Of a stretch of 64,000 nucleotides of DNA, positions 14,787-28,739 are shown piece after piece (positions within the stretch are counted from its first letter, which is position 1; each line of letters begins with the position of its first letter). The notes under the pieces were generated by a model. The model made no database searches. It saw only the letters and a list, made by a program, of their open reading frames with translations, and was not told the origin of the DNA. Position numbers and translations under genes: made by a program. The DNA lies in NCBI GenBank assembly GCA_000182565.2, contig KQ257470.1. The stretch is one strand, 5' to 3'. This stretch comes from Spizellomyces punctatus DAOM BR117. Taxonomy: Eukaryota.

Positions 14787-17109
14787 ATGTCCCTCTTTGA
14801 CGACTTTTTCCACCCTGCCCGTCAGTCGGCGACGGGCAATCCTGTCCTGCGTGATCCAGCGATGGTGGAGCCCCACGGCAGTACCATTGTCCTTGGTACC
14901 AGTCCAACCCGCACGGGTTTTCATCGCCGGACGAGCAGTGGTACCACTCACATATCCCATCATCGCCGACGTCCAAGTATGGCACCAGGAATGGCTCAGA
15001 TAGAAGAGATCGTCGTATCAGTAGATGTCCCTTCACGAACGATCGAGACACAAGATCCGACCGAGCAGAACAGTCCGCCCCATGTAGAAACACAGAGTCA
15101 ACCTATTCAACCTCACACCCCAGACAGCATTCTACCGAGGTCTCCTGCATCTGAGACTGCGGCTCCAGGAAAAGGCTTGCCATCACCTACCGGCCAGCCA
15201 TCAGATGTGCTTTACCGCGGCATGTCTCGGGACAGCGAGATGACATATGTAGATTCAAAACAAACCAATTACCTTGCAACCATTGCGTCGATCTTGGGAA
15301 ACCGATCTAGAAAATCAGACGATGATAATGCCACGGTTAGAACAGCACCCTCGATTTGGACATCCAGCCGAAAATCCAGTTATTGCTCAACTTGCGATGG
15401 TTACGATGTGGAAAAAAGTAAAGATCACCGATCTGAGCACACAATTATCAGTGGTAAGTCCAAAGTATGAAATGTACTGATTTGTATCCAAGCTGATGCA
15501 TGAACCACAGGAATCGATACTGTAGATCTGGTAAGTAGGTCTGGTCGGCGTCTGCAGAAACCAGACCTCCTAGAGAACTCAATTTGACATCCTCGTCAAC
15601 TCAGTTAAAAAAGCGTGATTTCTTGATCAAGCTGTCGAGAGCTTTCGCAATGTACGGTGCGCCAAGTCATCGACTAGAGTTCCATTTGAGAACTGTCTCA
15701 GATGCACTAGAAGTTGAGAGTAACTTTATTGTATTGCCTGGTAAGCTACGTTAGGTATATGATTTCTGCGTACCACATCTTTCTTATGGTAGGAGGCTAT
15801 CTAGGTCTCATCCTCATTAGCTTCGGGAACGAAGATCACTCATCTACCACGCACCTCGTCAAAGCCCCACAAGGTTTCAACATGTCGAAACTTTCCGCCG
15901 TCAATGCACTATGTCATGTGCTCGAAACAGGCGAGATATTGATTGATGACGCTCTTAAGCGGCTCCAAGATATTCGCTCAGAAGCCGAGTACTCTCGTCC
16001 CCTCTTCCTGTCTACATTCCCAGTCGTTTCCTTTGGCATCAGCATCATTGGTTTTGGAACAAATTGGGTTGAAGCCGGTGTTTCCGCCTTTTTTGGACTG
16101 GTTGTCGGTTGTTTATGTTTGGCGGCTGCTCGCTATCCAAGCTTCACGTATTTGCTGGACTTTGCGTCGGCATTAGTGGTCAGTTTCTTGGCACGGGTCT
16201 TCAAAAGCATTTCCCGTGATGAGTGCTTCCATGAAACGCTTGTTACTCTCAGTGCACTTGCGGTGCTCTTACCGGTAGGTAAAGCCCTGGAACTCATGTC
16301 AAGGTGCCTCTTCTCATCATGCTCTGCATGCTTTACAGGGTCTGTCGCTCACAATCAGTATCATCGAAATATCCACACGCAATATGGTGTCTGGCACAGT
16401 GAGAATGTTTCATGCACTTTTTACTGCTATGCTTCTTGGTTGGTATCTGCTTTATCGATTCCGACTCGTTCATAGGCATTTGAACTCATATTATATTTAC
16501 ATAGGTTTCGGAATGTCTGTCGGTCCTCTATTGTTTGGCCAGCAAGCGAACACCTCACAACCCGCCTACTGCGGCACGAACGACCCCGTCTCCCCATATT
16601 GGTACTTTTTGCTCTTCCCGCCAATGTCTATCTGCATTTGCATCTTCTTTGAAGCACGGCCTCGACAATGGACCATCATGACCTTCGTTTCCGCGTTGGG
16701 ATTTGTCGCCTATTACTTCTTGAACCAAATACCGTCTCTCCGTGCCAATGCGCAGCTTCCAATGGTTCTTTCTGCTCTCGTGATTGGGCTCTCTTCGAAT
16801 ATCTATGCCCGAATCACCCACGATGCCGCCGTCGCGCCTATCCTGGCTGGTATATTGTTGTTGGTCCCCGGTAGTGTGGGAGTTAGAAGTACCCTTGGTT
16901 TTTTGGGAGCGAATGCGTCGGATGGTACGAATTTCGCGTTTCAAATGCTCATCATTGGAATGAGGTGAGTGTGCAGAGTGTGTTTACGGTCCAGTTCCCA
17001 AGATGTTTACTCTTCGAGCTCGCAATCTAGTATCACGATAGGACTATTCACCGCCTCCCTCATCGTCTGGCCTATCAGGGGCCCCAAACTCAGCAACATG
17101 ACCATTTAG
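14787..17109 (+). CDS. ThrE-family (DUF1212/PRM10-like) membrane exporter, multi-exon
   Basis: Disordered N-terminus, then FLIKLSRAFAMYGAPSHRLE, LLPGLSLT, MVSGTVRMFHA and ILLLVPGSVGVRS with ~10 hydrophobic segments; TAG at 17107-17109. Confidence 0.85.
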
Positions 17110-17410
17110 TACCCAAGTCAACACAGAAAAGAGAACCTCATACATCCTCGAGAGGGGTTTAATTTTAATTGTACATATTGAACGGCAGCGGGAAATGTCT
17201 CTAATAACATAATGATCACGGCCTCCAATATTGCGACAAAAGCAAGGAAGCGGATATGTATCGTCCGGATGCTCCTTAGGTTCTTAGATGGCCCGCAAAA
17301 TGCAAGCGAGTTACCACCGGTATTTGGGAGAGCTATATTCTTAGGGCTCCCGCAAACATCATTATTTACAAAACTATCGTGTGGCCTCATTATGGCTTCG
17401 AGCGGTGTTC

Positions 17411-19174
17411 CTAACTGGAAGTACGATCGCGGCTTTTTGACGGCCGCGCTGACGGTGTGGGCGCCCTTCCACTGTGAGATGTGCGCCGGGTATCAGAGCC
17501 GCGCACCGAATCATGGTTTGACGGGGGCCTTGCGTTGGAGACTCGGCGTGTATGGTCTCGTGGAGTTGGTGGAGCCTCTGCAGGCAATGGTGGTGGCGGC
17601 TGGTGGGAGCGTAGCGGTTCTGTAGGGAGAAAAGGGGAGGAACCACCAAGAGGCGGTTGGGATTGAGTTGTGTGATTTGCTGTGCTCCATGGGGCAGAGT
17701 GGTCACTGAATCGGGGGGATGTTTGCTGTGGAGTCTTAGAGGGACTTGAAGGGGAGGGTGTCACTGGAGTAACCTGACGCACCACGGAAGAAATTCGTCA
17801 GTTATGTCGCTTCACAGGAAGATGAAATATACAAAGAATTCACCTTGGCACGTTTACTCGGACGATCGTTGACGTGGTGGCGTTTACGTTTACTCTTGAG
17901 TAAGGTGGTTCGTTCCTTGACAATAGCTCTGACTTTCTTTTCGTCTTTGGCACAGACGATTTCGTACGCATAAGCTATAACAGTGGCGCCTTGTTAGAAT
18001 GCCAAGGACACATAGTGCATAATCAACTGCAATCGACGCACCTTGCATGCGGCGTTTCTCGATACCGAGTTCCTGCCACCACTGCTGACCATCCCGTTCA
18101 AGTGGCTCATTCAATTTAAAAGAAGCCAAATATATAGCAGAATGCGCAATATGTTCTGATCTTGCTCGTACGGTCAGAGTGGTGAGCAGGCTAGAGGAAA
18201 AGGCATAGCAGTAGATTATCAGAGCTCTGTATATGTCCAGCCGAAGGCTGTAAACTCTTTAGAGGCTCGATAACTTACGCATCGTTACAGTATTGGAAAG
18301 CTCTTGATTGGAGCTCCTTGGAACCTGTACAGCAGTAGTGATTTAGTATGTCACTTCTGAGGCCGCTTGCTGCAAGAAAATCGACGTTTCCACAAAAATC
18401 AGACACGCACCATGGAAATCCTGTATTATTTTCATTGCATGGCCGTGTGGCAGGTCCACCAGTAGATCGAAAGAGAGTCTGTAAAGAAGCTCACCCTCCC
18501 AAAACTTGATTCTATTGGTCCAGGTTTGAAGATCCTTATTTGTATGATGTCAGCTCCGAAGAATTTCTTCGGGTAGGATACCAACATGTGTGTCACAATA
18601 CCTTTTCATTGACAGGGGCCTTTTTCGCGGAAAGAGCACATCGCAGGACAACATCTGAAAGGGCTCTCGCTTCTCTGCCTTCTCCCATCTTGGCGCACAA
18701 GTACAACAGCGCTCCGCATACTTCGTGATAATGACTGTCTTGGAAGGAACTACACATGTAGAATCGATGTAGTAGAACCTTCGCGGTGCTCACAAACTTT
18801 GGTTTACTGCAAAAGTAGATATTGGAGAGTCAGCACCGTCCGTACCCATAACTGACACAACCAGCAATCGAGATTTGAAAAGTCGCCGAATACAAGACTG
18901 CATCATACGCCGGTGCCAGCACTTACAGGTCTAGTCCTCGCACACGGCCGTTCTTCATCATGTGTTGGTCACCCTCTTTGCTTCCAACTCTATCAAGAAA
19001 CATACAGGCGCGATGACGGCACCATGTCTCCTCCGCCAGAGACATTGGCCGCTGATGTCTTGTGCTTGGGACTTCCAACAGTTGAGAATCCTTGAACAAC
19101 CACGGGTTGCAATAGTCGGTAGCGAAACGATCCAAAACGGGTAGGGGCCCACATGACAGAAGCGGTGCCGGCAT
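17411..19174 (-). CDS. Transcriptional cyclin (cyclin T/K, Pch1/Bur2-like) with Pro/Ser-rich tail, multi-exon
   Basis: NPWLFKDSQLLEVPS...EETWCRHRACMFL, STAKVLLHRFYM, ALLYLCAKMGE, ELLYRLSFDLLVDLPH, IAHSAIYLA and WWQELG. Confidence 0.8.
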
Positions 19175-20071
19175 CGTTAAACGTCAAAGGAAATGTGATG
19201 CAAGCGATGCTTCAGTCCCAAAACTCTTCTGCGCGCAAGGGTGCAGTCTGGCAAGTCCAAACCCTAAACATGATGGCTTAGCAGCTTAGTCATCAGTAGA
19301 TCATGTGGATAGGGGCATCACAGTAAACACACTGCTTCCTGCAGCAACACATCCGGGAGATACTGGCGGCCTGGTCTTGCGATCGGGACTTCAGTTCTGA
19401 TGCCCGCAAGGAGCATTCAAGCGTATTCCTCTTGGAGGATTCCGCCATATGCCCCATGCTACAGTGTAGTAATTGAAGGTTATGTTCGGATTATCACCTG
19501 CACGTATGTCTTTATTCAATTACGATTCAGGCCACTTTGAGTCCAATAAGCTTTTTGCCACACTTGGGGTGTTATTGGATCTCTTCAATGCATAAAAGGG
19601 ACATTGCTTGGCAGAATATCTTCAGTGCTACTCGTCATCTGCGATCTAGACAACCTGCCGTTACTGTAGCTTAATGATGGGCGATGCTTACTCAGCAATA
19701 AACCCCAAAAAGGTTAAACGAGATATCACTTATGGGATTGCGGGATTGCGGGAGTGTGCCGGGCAACGCCAGCGATCAAGGTCATTTATCCGATGTTTAG
19801 GTTGCAAATACCTAAACGGCCACTCCTGGCAGACGATCTGTGGGATATCGCACTACGCTAGAATCAAAAGCTTTCTCGATAAGCGCTAATGATCTATCCT
19901 GCTGGAAGTATCGAACCAACCTGCTCTCAGCACTTGGCACTGGAAAAGAGGGACGCATACGCTGGATAGGCCCGGAAGAGAAGTGCAGCAACTGGTAAGC
20001 GATGTCGATGCATCAATTGTGACCAACTGCTTGCAATCTCACCTGGCTCAGGTTAGCGTAAGGAGATAGGC

Positions 20072-23000
20072 ATGATCAGCGATGACGAGTTGTTTGCAGA
20101 TTTGGATCTGGACGACGATGCGTGTCTGCAAGCTTTAGCCAATGTTGAGCGTGAATATGGAAGCGTTGATGGTAGGACAGTCAAGGAGTCGGAGAAAAAG
20201 AATCCGTCAAGTGTACCAAATGGCGACTTCACTGATTCTGGAAAGCGCCAAAGGACACTGGGGCAATTCGTTCGTAAACTGAACGCCAATCAAAACGGAA
20301 TTGGTGCGGCGCAGACAGGGACCTCAGGAACTCGATCAAACGAGACGAGTAGTGGGTCTCATCATCCTCAAACGTTGAGAACCTTCAGAGCTGCGCTTGC
20401 AGCTCCTGCTTCACCATCATCAGAATCTGTGCCTAGCTTCCACCCAGTTGACCCGGAGGCCATAAAGACATGGATTTATCCGACCAATGTTCCGGTTCGA
20501 GACTACCAATTCAACATCGTCAGTCGATGCCTTCACGTAAATACGCTGGTCTCTCTGCCGACTGGTCTTGGGAAGACATTCATTGCGGCTGTGGTCATGT
20601 TTAATTTCTTCCGCTGGTTTCCTGACGGAAAAATCATATTCATGGCCCCTACAAAGCCCTTAGTCGCTCAGCAAATTGAAGCTTGCTACAAAATTACAGG
20701 AATTCCACAGGTACTCCAAAAAGCTGTTGAGTTTATTCATCCTCGTTAACGTACGTCGTCTCTCACAGGACGCAACTGAGGAACTGACGGGAACGACGTC
20801 ACCCGATGCTCGCCGCTTGAGTTGGATTCATAAGCGAGTCTTCTTTCTCACTCCTCAAGTTATGCAAAACGACTTGAATCGCGGAACATGTCCTTCGCAA
20901 AATGTGGTTCTCTTGGTTGTTGACGAAGCGCATCGTGCGACCGGAAATCACGCTTACTGCGAAGTCGTCCGTGAGCTGCGACTAAGGAACCAGCGCTTTC
21001 GAATTTTGGCATTGACAGCAACCCCCGGCTCAGACACCAAGACAGTGCAGCAAGTCGTTGGGAATATGTTAATTGCAAGGATTGAAATTCGAACAGAGGA
21101 CTCTCTCGACATAAAGCCCTTCATTTTTCAGCGTGCTCTCGAGCTCGTGACAGTTCCTCTTTCAGATGCCATCACATCTCTTCAAACAACGTTGAACAAG
21201 GTGACGCAGGTCTTCATCAACCGACTCTGCAAAGCCAAGGCTTTTTATCGGAATGACCCTCAAAACGTGGGCAGATACGAGCTTCTCCTCGCTAGAGACC
21301 GGTGGCGACAGGAATTGCGAAATCAGCAAGGGACGCAGGGAGTAATGACCCCAGGACGCGCTGCATCGCTCGAAGGAGATTTCGGGGTCGCCATGACGGT
21401 AGGGTTCTTACTTGCGAAAATGTCTTCTATTTCAAACATTTAATTTTATTCTTTGTTATAGCTGGCGGCCGCAATGCAATTCTTGGTGGTGCACGGGATT
21501 CGCACATGTTATAGCCACCTTCACAGTTATGTCGAAGAGGCTCAGAAGTCGGGGGCGCGCATATCAAGATCCAGAGCAGAGCTTCTCAAGAATCGCGATT
21601 TTCTCGGACTGATGAGTCGCATAAAGCAATTGATGGGATCTCCGACCTTTTCAAGTCACCCAAAACTTGACAGGCTTGTCTCCTTGGTTGTTCAGCATTT
21701 TGTTGAACATGCTGAGGAAACGCAAAGGCTTACCGAAGACGGACGCAGCACAGAGTGTCGAGAGACTCGCGTGATGGTTTTTTCTCAGTTCCGAGAAAGT
21801 GTAGAGGAGATTAAGGCAGCTTTGGAGCAGCATAAGCCAATGATTCGTGTGATGTCTTTCGTTGGCCAGTCGGCCGGTGGAAAGGGAACAAAGAAGGGAT
21901 TTTCTCAGAAAGAGCAGCTGCGGGTGAGTGACCACTCTGGGCATTTACTTAACATTCACCCCAGATGAACACGCCTTCGCAGGTTCTATCTGAATTTCAA
22001 AAAGGCAACTATAACGTCTTAGTGGCCACGAGCATCGGAGAAGAAGGACTAGACATTGGAGAGGTAGATCTGATTTTATGCTATGACGTTCAAAACTCGC
22101 CGATCCGCATGTTGCAACGAATGGGACGTACAGGGAGAAAGCGTCAAGGGAAAGTCATACTGCTTCTAACTGAAGGAAAGGAGGAGGACGCTCACCGTCG
22201 TTCTCAAGCCCAATACAAAACCGTACAAAAGGCCATTACTGACCAGCAAGGAAAAAAACTGCAGATGTTTTCGGAAGATCAGTGTCGTATGTTGCCACCA
22301 GGAACGAAGCCAGTATGCGTAAAGATGCAGCTTGATATTGCTCAATATACTGCTAAAAATGGCTCCAAGCGACCGAAGCGTGTCAGTGATGCCACGCACG
22401 AGGCTGAGGACGCCGAATGTGTCGGCCCATTCTTGACAACAGAAGAGCAGAAAGATTATGACCGCCGCTATCGTGTCTTGGAACATGAAGCGCGGACGGT
22501 GGATATCGCACGTTACACGTACTGGCAAACCCAGGAGTTACCAGAGCTCAAGATTCAACGCTCTCGACGATGCCGAGCCTTCGTATCGAGTGTCCAGCTC
22601 ATGGAACAACTTGCTCTAGATGAAGAAGAAGGAAAACCCAGCACGTATGCAGAACAAATTGGCCAATGGTTGGATTTGGGAGACGTAAATCAACATGACG
22701 CCGGCGTCCGGCGAATGCAGACCGTTGCAAATCAACGAGAAACAGATGACTGCGCTCAGTTCCAAGAACCTTTTCATAGCGAAAATCTCGAGAAGATGGA
22801 CGATGTTCCAATACTCCTTCCCAGTGCAACAGGATCAAAGCCTCAGCGACCTATCCTGGGTCTCTCAGATATACATGACATTTTAGAAAGTGAATATGAA
22901 AACCACGACGACCTTGACGACCTTTTGATGCAAGAAATCCCAAGCGCAGTGGATACCGTTACCACTCGACAAGCGGTCACCCCGCGACTAGTATCTACAG

Positions 23001-26000
23001 AGGGGCAATCACTGCGTCCGCGTTGCAGACTACAAGCGAAGAATAAACCCCTTTCGATGTTATCTCGCACACCGAAGCTGGTCGCCGGCAGCACCGCAGA
23101 GGAAGTGCCTAAAGCGAATACTCCCGAATTGTCCCAAAATTTTGACCCTGTCGAATACGATGATGACTGGAGTCACGATGAGGCATTTCTTGTGTATGAA
23201 TCTCCTTGTCGGGCTACGGCGTGCGCGAAGGATGAGCCGCTGGTTACATCCAGTTTGCTTCGACAGCCAATCACCGGCGAACGACCAACTGTAGCGATTG
23301 GTGATCCTACAGAGCTTGAGAATCGTGATTCTGATGTCATCCAAAACATGGACGAAGCGGTCAATGAGCTTGATCCTGTTAGCCCTGCAGTCGATGCGGA
23401 ATATCACATTGACAATTCTTTTCTTGCTGAGCTCGACAAAATGGAACTAGATGAAATTTGCTCGTCTCCCAAACCTCCTTGCCAAAAAATCGTCTTCAAG
23501 GTCCCGGAATCGATTGCCGCAGTCAAAATGCAAGCTAACCCTGAGCACGGTTCTCGGGGAGCGAAGTCCCCATCCTCCCCGAAAAACGATGGCATGGCCT
23601 TATCCCAGTCTCCCATGCTGGCTGGTAAAATGAGATCCAAATTCCGTATTGATGATTCCCCTTCATCACAATTGCCCGTCCTATGCGAGCAAGTGAACGG
23701 ACCAGGTTCTCCGGACGCTGGAGCAACACAGTTGGCTACGCAAAGATCGGGCCGAGCGATGAAAAGGCTGCGCAGGGTTAAGTCTTTATCCAGGCACACT
23801 CCATTAGGATCATTAAGCAGATTACGAGGTAGTCAGTCGATACGGAAAGGCCATTTGAGAGTAGCTGGTCTAATGAAGAAGTTGAATCAAAAGAAATTGC
23901 CAAGAGGGCCACCAATGGAACGTGGAAGACAAGTCGTTGAGAACATGAATAGCAGACAACGCCAGCAGGAAGGAATTCGTATACCCCGGAAACAGCAGCC
24001 CAAACCTTCAGGAGAGGAAAATCCCTTTCTCGACCATGAAGTGGAGGTTTCCGCTGATGAAGCAGATGAATCTGAGGATGAGGATCCAGGGGAGGAGGAT
24101 TGGGACCAAGATTTGAGTGGGTTTGTTGTAACGGACACACAAACTCCATCACATGTGGCCGTTTCGTCGTCTAATGTGTCGTTCGATGTTGAAGAGTCAC
24201 CATCCGATAAAATGGCATTTTATCAAAGATCTCTGTTGAGTCCGGCGATGGGAGGATTTGGCACCCGGAAGGCGGGTGGCTACAAATTTGCTTGGGGCAG
24301 GGTGACACCCGGGAAAAGGAGGTTTGGCGACACACCCGAGCGTGTGAGGGAAAGTGAGCTAAGCGAAGACGAGGACACTACATTAAGTGGATTCATTGTC
24401 TCCGACGATGATCTGGAAGAGGAGGATATCAGTCAGCCGGACGACGGAGCTAATTCTGCAAACTCTAGCCAAAATGACACCGGTTTTGTACGACTATTAA
24501 AACGAACGGTGATCGAGGATGATTCAGAGGTGGACATTGAGTCTCCATCCAAGAAGATACGCATAGAAGGATCGGAGCAGCATGACGAAGTCCGCTTAAA
24601 TCTACCCCAAGAAAGAGTTACCAAACCCCTAGCGGCTGGCCCTGTGGCCCATCAAACAGGAGGTGTACTTAGTGACAACAGTAAACAACCCCTGCAAAGT
24701 CTGCCTGTGGGCATTTCCGGGAATATTGGTAGCGGTGACATTTCACATGAGCGATCTTCACTACAGTGCATTAAGCCGTGGCAGAAGTCAGTTAATGTTG
24801 TAAAGCTATCTTCCGGCCAATCAAACACGGTGCGAATAAGTACGGTACCATCGAGACAACAAGAGCCGATAGCAGAATGCAAAGTTGAGCTAGATGGTTT
24901 AGCACGGGCCGCAGTGGAAGACGCCATGCAAATTGACTGGGATGATGATGATTGGGAGGATACCGACCTTCAGAATGACAATATACCAGTACATCCTGGC
25001 CAACTAGAGATAGCAGAGACAGCCGCCTGTTCTTTTCTCGACCCCTCCAGATTGAACCTCAACGGCAAATCCGAAATGCCATCATCCGAGACAGCCGAAC
25101 AGATCGCTTACAGCCCTTTCAAGATGCAAGGTCCCTCACCCCTGAAAGATATTGGCGCCTTATCCAAGAAGCAGAGGGTTTGTAACACTAAATCTGAATG
25201 CACCGCCTCGTGGCAAGTCTAACCAAACGCTCCCCGCCATTTTAATCAGGAACTGTTGTTTATACATGAGAGTCCAACTGCGCACATAGAGAAAGTTCAG
25301 CAACATTCTGGGAACAAACTAGTTATCCTCGTAGACACACGTGAAATGAGGTCCTCGGTAGGTCTTTGCCACATTCAGTTCGCATTCTGGCACTATCGGA
25401 CATACCGGTCGCTAAAACGATTGGTCAGATATGCTCCCTTTTGAGGAACAAATTCAAGTTGAGAACAGAAATCCGACAGTTGGCCTTTGGAGACTATGGT
25501 GCGTCGCTTGATGATCCCCGCTGTGTGTATATCAACGCTGAGCCCGTTCCTATTGTTCAGTTGTCAGCAACCGTGTTGCAGTAGAGCGCAAGACGAAAAC
25601 AGGTAAGAAGGCTGATGCAACTCGTAGATACCGGCAGGCGTCGATGCTTATTGGCATTTTTAGATCTGTTAAACAGTGTCTATAATAAGCGGGTTTTTGA
25701 GCAGATTGAAAACCTCAAATCCATGTGCGAGAAGCCTATCTTGATTGTGGAACAAGAGGCAAGCGAAGGACAGCAGAGCATGTAGGTTTAGGGGCCCGTA
25801 CATTCTTATGAATCTCATCTTACCCATGACACCGTAATAGGGCGGCAACTACGCAGTTCGAAGGCATTATAGCGTCCTTGATCAGAATGCAGATAACAGT
25901 TCTGTTCAGTGACTCCGCTGGTAGGCAACATATGAGCGATCTATTACGATGAAGCCTTCGTAGCTAAACCATCTTGGTCGTTGAATAGAGGAAACGGCCC

Positions 26001-26438
26001 AGCTACTCTACAACTTTGCGATGGCGGAGGCGGAAGAGGGTGCACGTATAGACGTCCCAGATTTACTTCCAGACAAGAAGAATCAGGTATGCATATTTCT
26101 CCTTTTGTCCCACGCCCATGGCATAGAGCTTAGAATATCTTGTGATCTTTCCTCCAGTTTTTGCAATTTCTCCTGTCCATTCCGGGTATCAGCGACGTGA
26201 CGGCCATGGCCATCATGAATACTCGAGTAAAGTCCGTAAGGGAATTTGTAAATTGGTTAGTATCACGTATTTTGAGTACCGTAGCAAGCCCAATCTCCTT
26301 AACATGTTCCGCCTTAGTGATATCGATGACATAATAAAAAAGATCCCTGGTATGGGCAGCAGCCGAGCTCGAACTATACACAAGTACCTGCGGACCAAGT
26401 ATCGCGACAATGAAGTAGGGGATTCTGGGCCAGTGTAG
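20072..26438 (+). CDS. FANCM: FANCM/Mph1 DEAH helicase with long linker and C-terminal ERCC4 + HhH2 domains
   Basis: [47 protein letters not shown] and QRMGRTGR. Linker motifs FLDHEVEVS and [13 protein letters not shown]4 VDTRE...GDY...VERKTKTD; HhH IPGIS and IPGMG. Confidence 0.93.
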
Positions 26439-26516
26439 TTAGGTGTTTGCTTCCATTTGTACATGTTTAATTTATATATCAGCATCCAGCCTCTGAGTAA
26501 TCAAAATCCATCTTCG

Positions 26517-28217
26517 CTACATTTCTATCTCAATTTGGGCCCCTTGTCTAATCGTTTCCTCGTCCAGATTAAAGATCGCATCATGGAGGGCCACTTTAAA
26601 GCTACCGGGACCAGATATGCCTTTCTTTGCTGCCAGTTCTGCCGCTAGTCCCATACAAATTAGGCCTCCAATGGCAGCCACCAAGCGATCACTTTCCACA
26701 GCAGCAAAGCATGCTACCAAGGTGGTGGTCGAGCAGCCAGTTCCAGTCATTGTACCTAGCCATTCATTGCCGTTCTTTACCAACACAGTGGTCTTCCCAT
26801 CTGATACGTAGTCTACAGGTCCTGATATGGCAACACATGTTCCAACTTTACGTGCGAGAGAACTGGCCACCTCTGCTGGGTTCGACAGCTTCCCGACACT
26901 CTCTACCCCCCGCATTTCCACCCCTTCTAACCCGGCGATGGCTCCCACTTCGCCCGCATTGCCTTTGATAATGTGAATATCAAGGGCATGGATGAGGTCC
27001 ATACACGCTTTCTTACGATAAGGTGTGGCACCAGCACCTACGGGGTCCATAATGATGGGAACAGAGAGCTCGTTCGCCTAATTTTACTTTCGTAAACATT
27101 ATGCTGTACCTCTAACCCCGTAGCTTACCTACCTTTTTGCCAGCAATCTTCATTCCCTCGACCCACTGGGATGATAGCGTGCCAATATTGATGACCAATG
27201 CTTGCGATACAGCCGTTATATCTGCTACTTCCTCGACGCTATGGGCCATTACGGGCAGCCCGCCCAATTGCAGAATCGTGTTGGCTGTGTCGTTCATAAC
27301 AACTTTTCAAGCGGAAGATGTTGGACGTGAGTGTTTTCCGAATCCTCCAGTGACCATGCGCCAAAGTAATCTTTACCGTAGTTTGTGATATTATGAATGA
27401 GAGGTTTCCGTTCGCGTATACGATTGAATGCAGATACGACTCTTTCCACAAGCACTTGGACTTCCGCGCTGCGATGTGTAGAAGAGATTGACCGAGGCCT
27501 TGTAATTGAGCGTGTAAGACCACACGAGCGGATCTTTGCAGCCAGTTGGGCCGAAGCGGCTCTGGCATCTATTTGGGCGATGATAGCGGAGACCACAGCA
27601 ACCCCAGCCAAGCGATATTCCGGTCCTTCGGGTCCAGCTGGCAAAACGGTCTTTTTCAGTATATCTTCCACGTTACTGATACCGACTCCACCTATTGTTG
27701 TCATTGGGATATGATATTTCCTTACGGCGCGCATGAGATCCTGTACACCTGCGATGCCAAGCGGTTTAAAAGACGCCGGGTGCTTTTTAGTCCCTGTCGG
27801 AAAGATGGCTGCAGTTCCAACATAATCCGCTCCATCTGCCACCGCCCGCACTGCTTGTTCTGCGGTTTCAACTGTCACTCCCACTATCTTATTTGGGCCT
27901 ATCAGCTGGCGGACGATTGGAAGCGGCATATCATCCTGTCCGATATGTACACCATCGGCATCCACTGCAAGCGCCACATCAACTCGATCATTGATAAGCA
28001 GAGGAACGTTGGAAGCACGGCAAGTCTGCAAAATGCGACGGGCAATGGCGACAAATGACTTGGTATTCAACGTTTTTTCCCGGAGTTGGACCAACGTCAC
28101 ACCTCCTTCTATTGCGGCTCGAACAGTATCGACAAGATCATGTCCTTCCGGAAGAAGGCTTTGGTCCGTTACCAGATATAATGACAGGTCAAAGGGTGGA
28201 GGTTTGATATCGGGCAT
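26517..28217 (-). CDS. THI6: Bifunctional thiamine-phosphate synthase / hydroxyethylthiazole kinase (ThiE-ThiM fusion)
   Basis: LYLVTD, VQLREK, INDRVDVALAVDADGVHIGQDD; then PLIHNITNY, ALVINIGTL, DPVGAGATPYR, IKGNAGE, TGTGC and GPGSF. Confidence 0.93.
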
Positions 28218-28739
28218 CGTGGAACAAATGTTGCCCTGATCTTGCCATGGCACCCTGTGCGCCGCGATTCATGTTTGATGTCCCTCGTGAAATGGGTTCC
28301 AACCATGTTTAACCATCATAACCACATCATCCATTATAAACAAACCCCCAATGCACTGCGAACATTGAACATATTTACCGATTCATTCCCAGCAACTCGC
28401 TATCATGAGTTTTTGAATAGCGCCTGAACCATCATTTTTCTTTGTGCACTTTACCTATTGAATATCTTCAGGATAGTGTAAACGGGCAGAGCATCTGTAC
28501 AGAATATGTTTGTTCGGACGTTTTACCAGCCCATTTCGGTGGTGGACCGATGATGCACCGGATATGCAGGCATTTGGGACATTAGCGTTCGTTAGACGCT
28601 GACAGCCCACCAAGCGACTCTGCAGGGCATTTGCGCGGATTGACAGGTGCTTGTTGCCAAGGCAACAATGACAACATTGCGGCGACACGGTCATCATTCC
28701 CGAGGTTTCGCCGGACTTTAGCCAATCCATCTCAGCAAT

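Noticed and set aside
28218-28450. TPP riboswitch upstream of THI6
   Set aside because: The conserved CTGAGA and CCTGAT…TAAT…GCG core was not found on the coding strand or in the introns.
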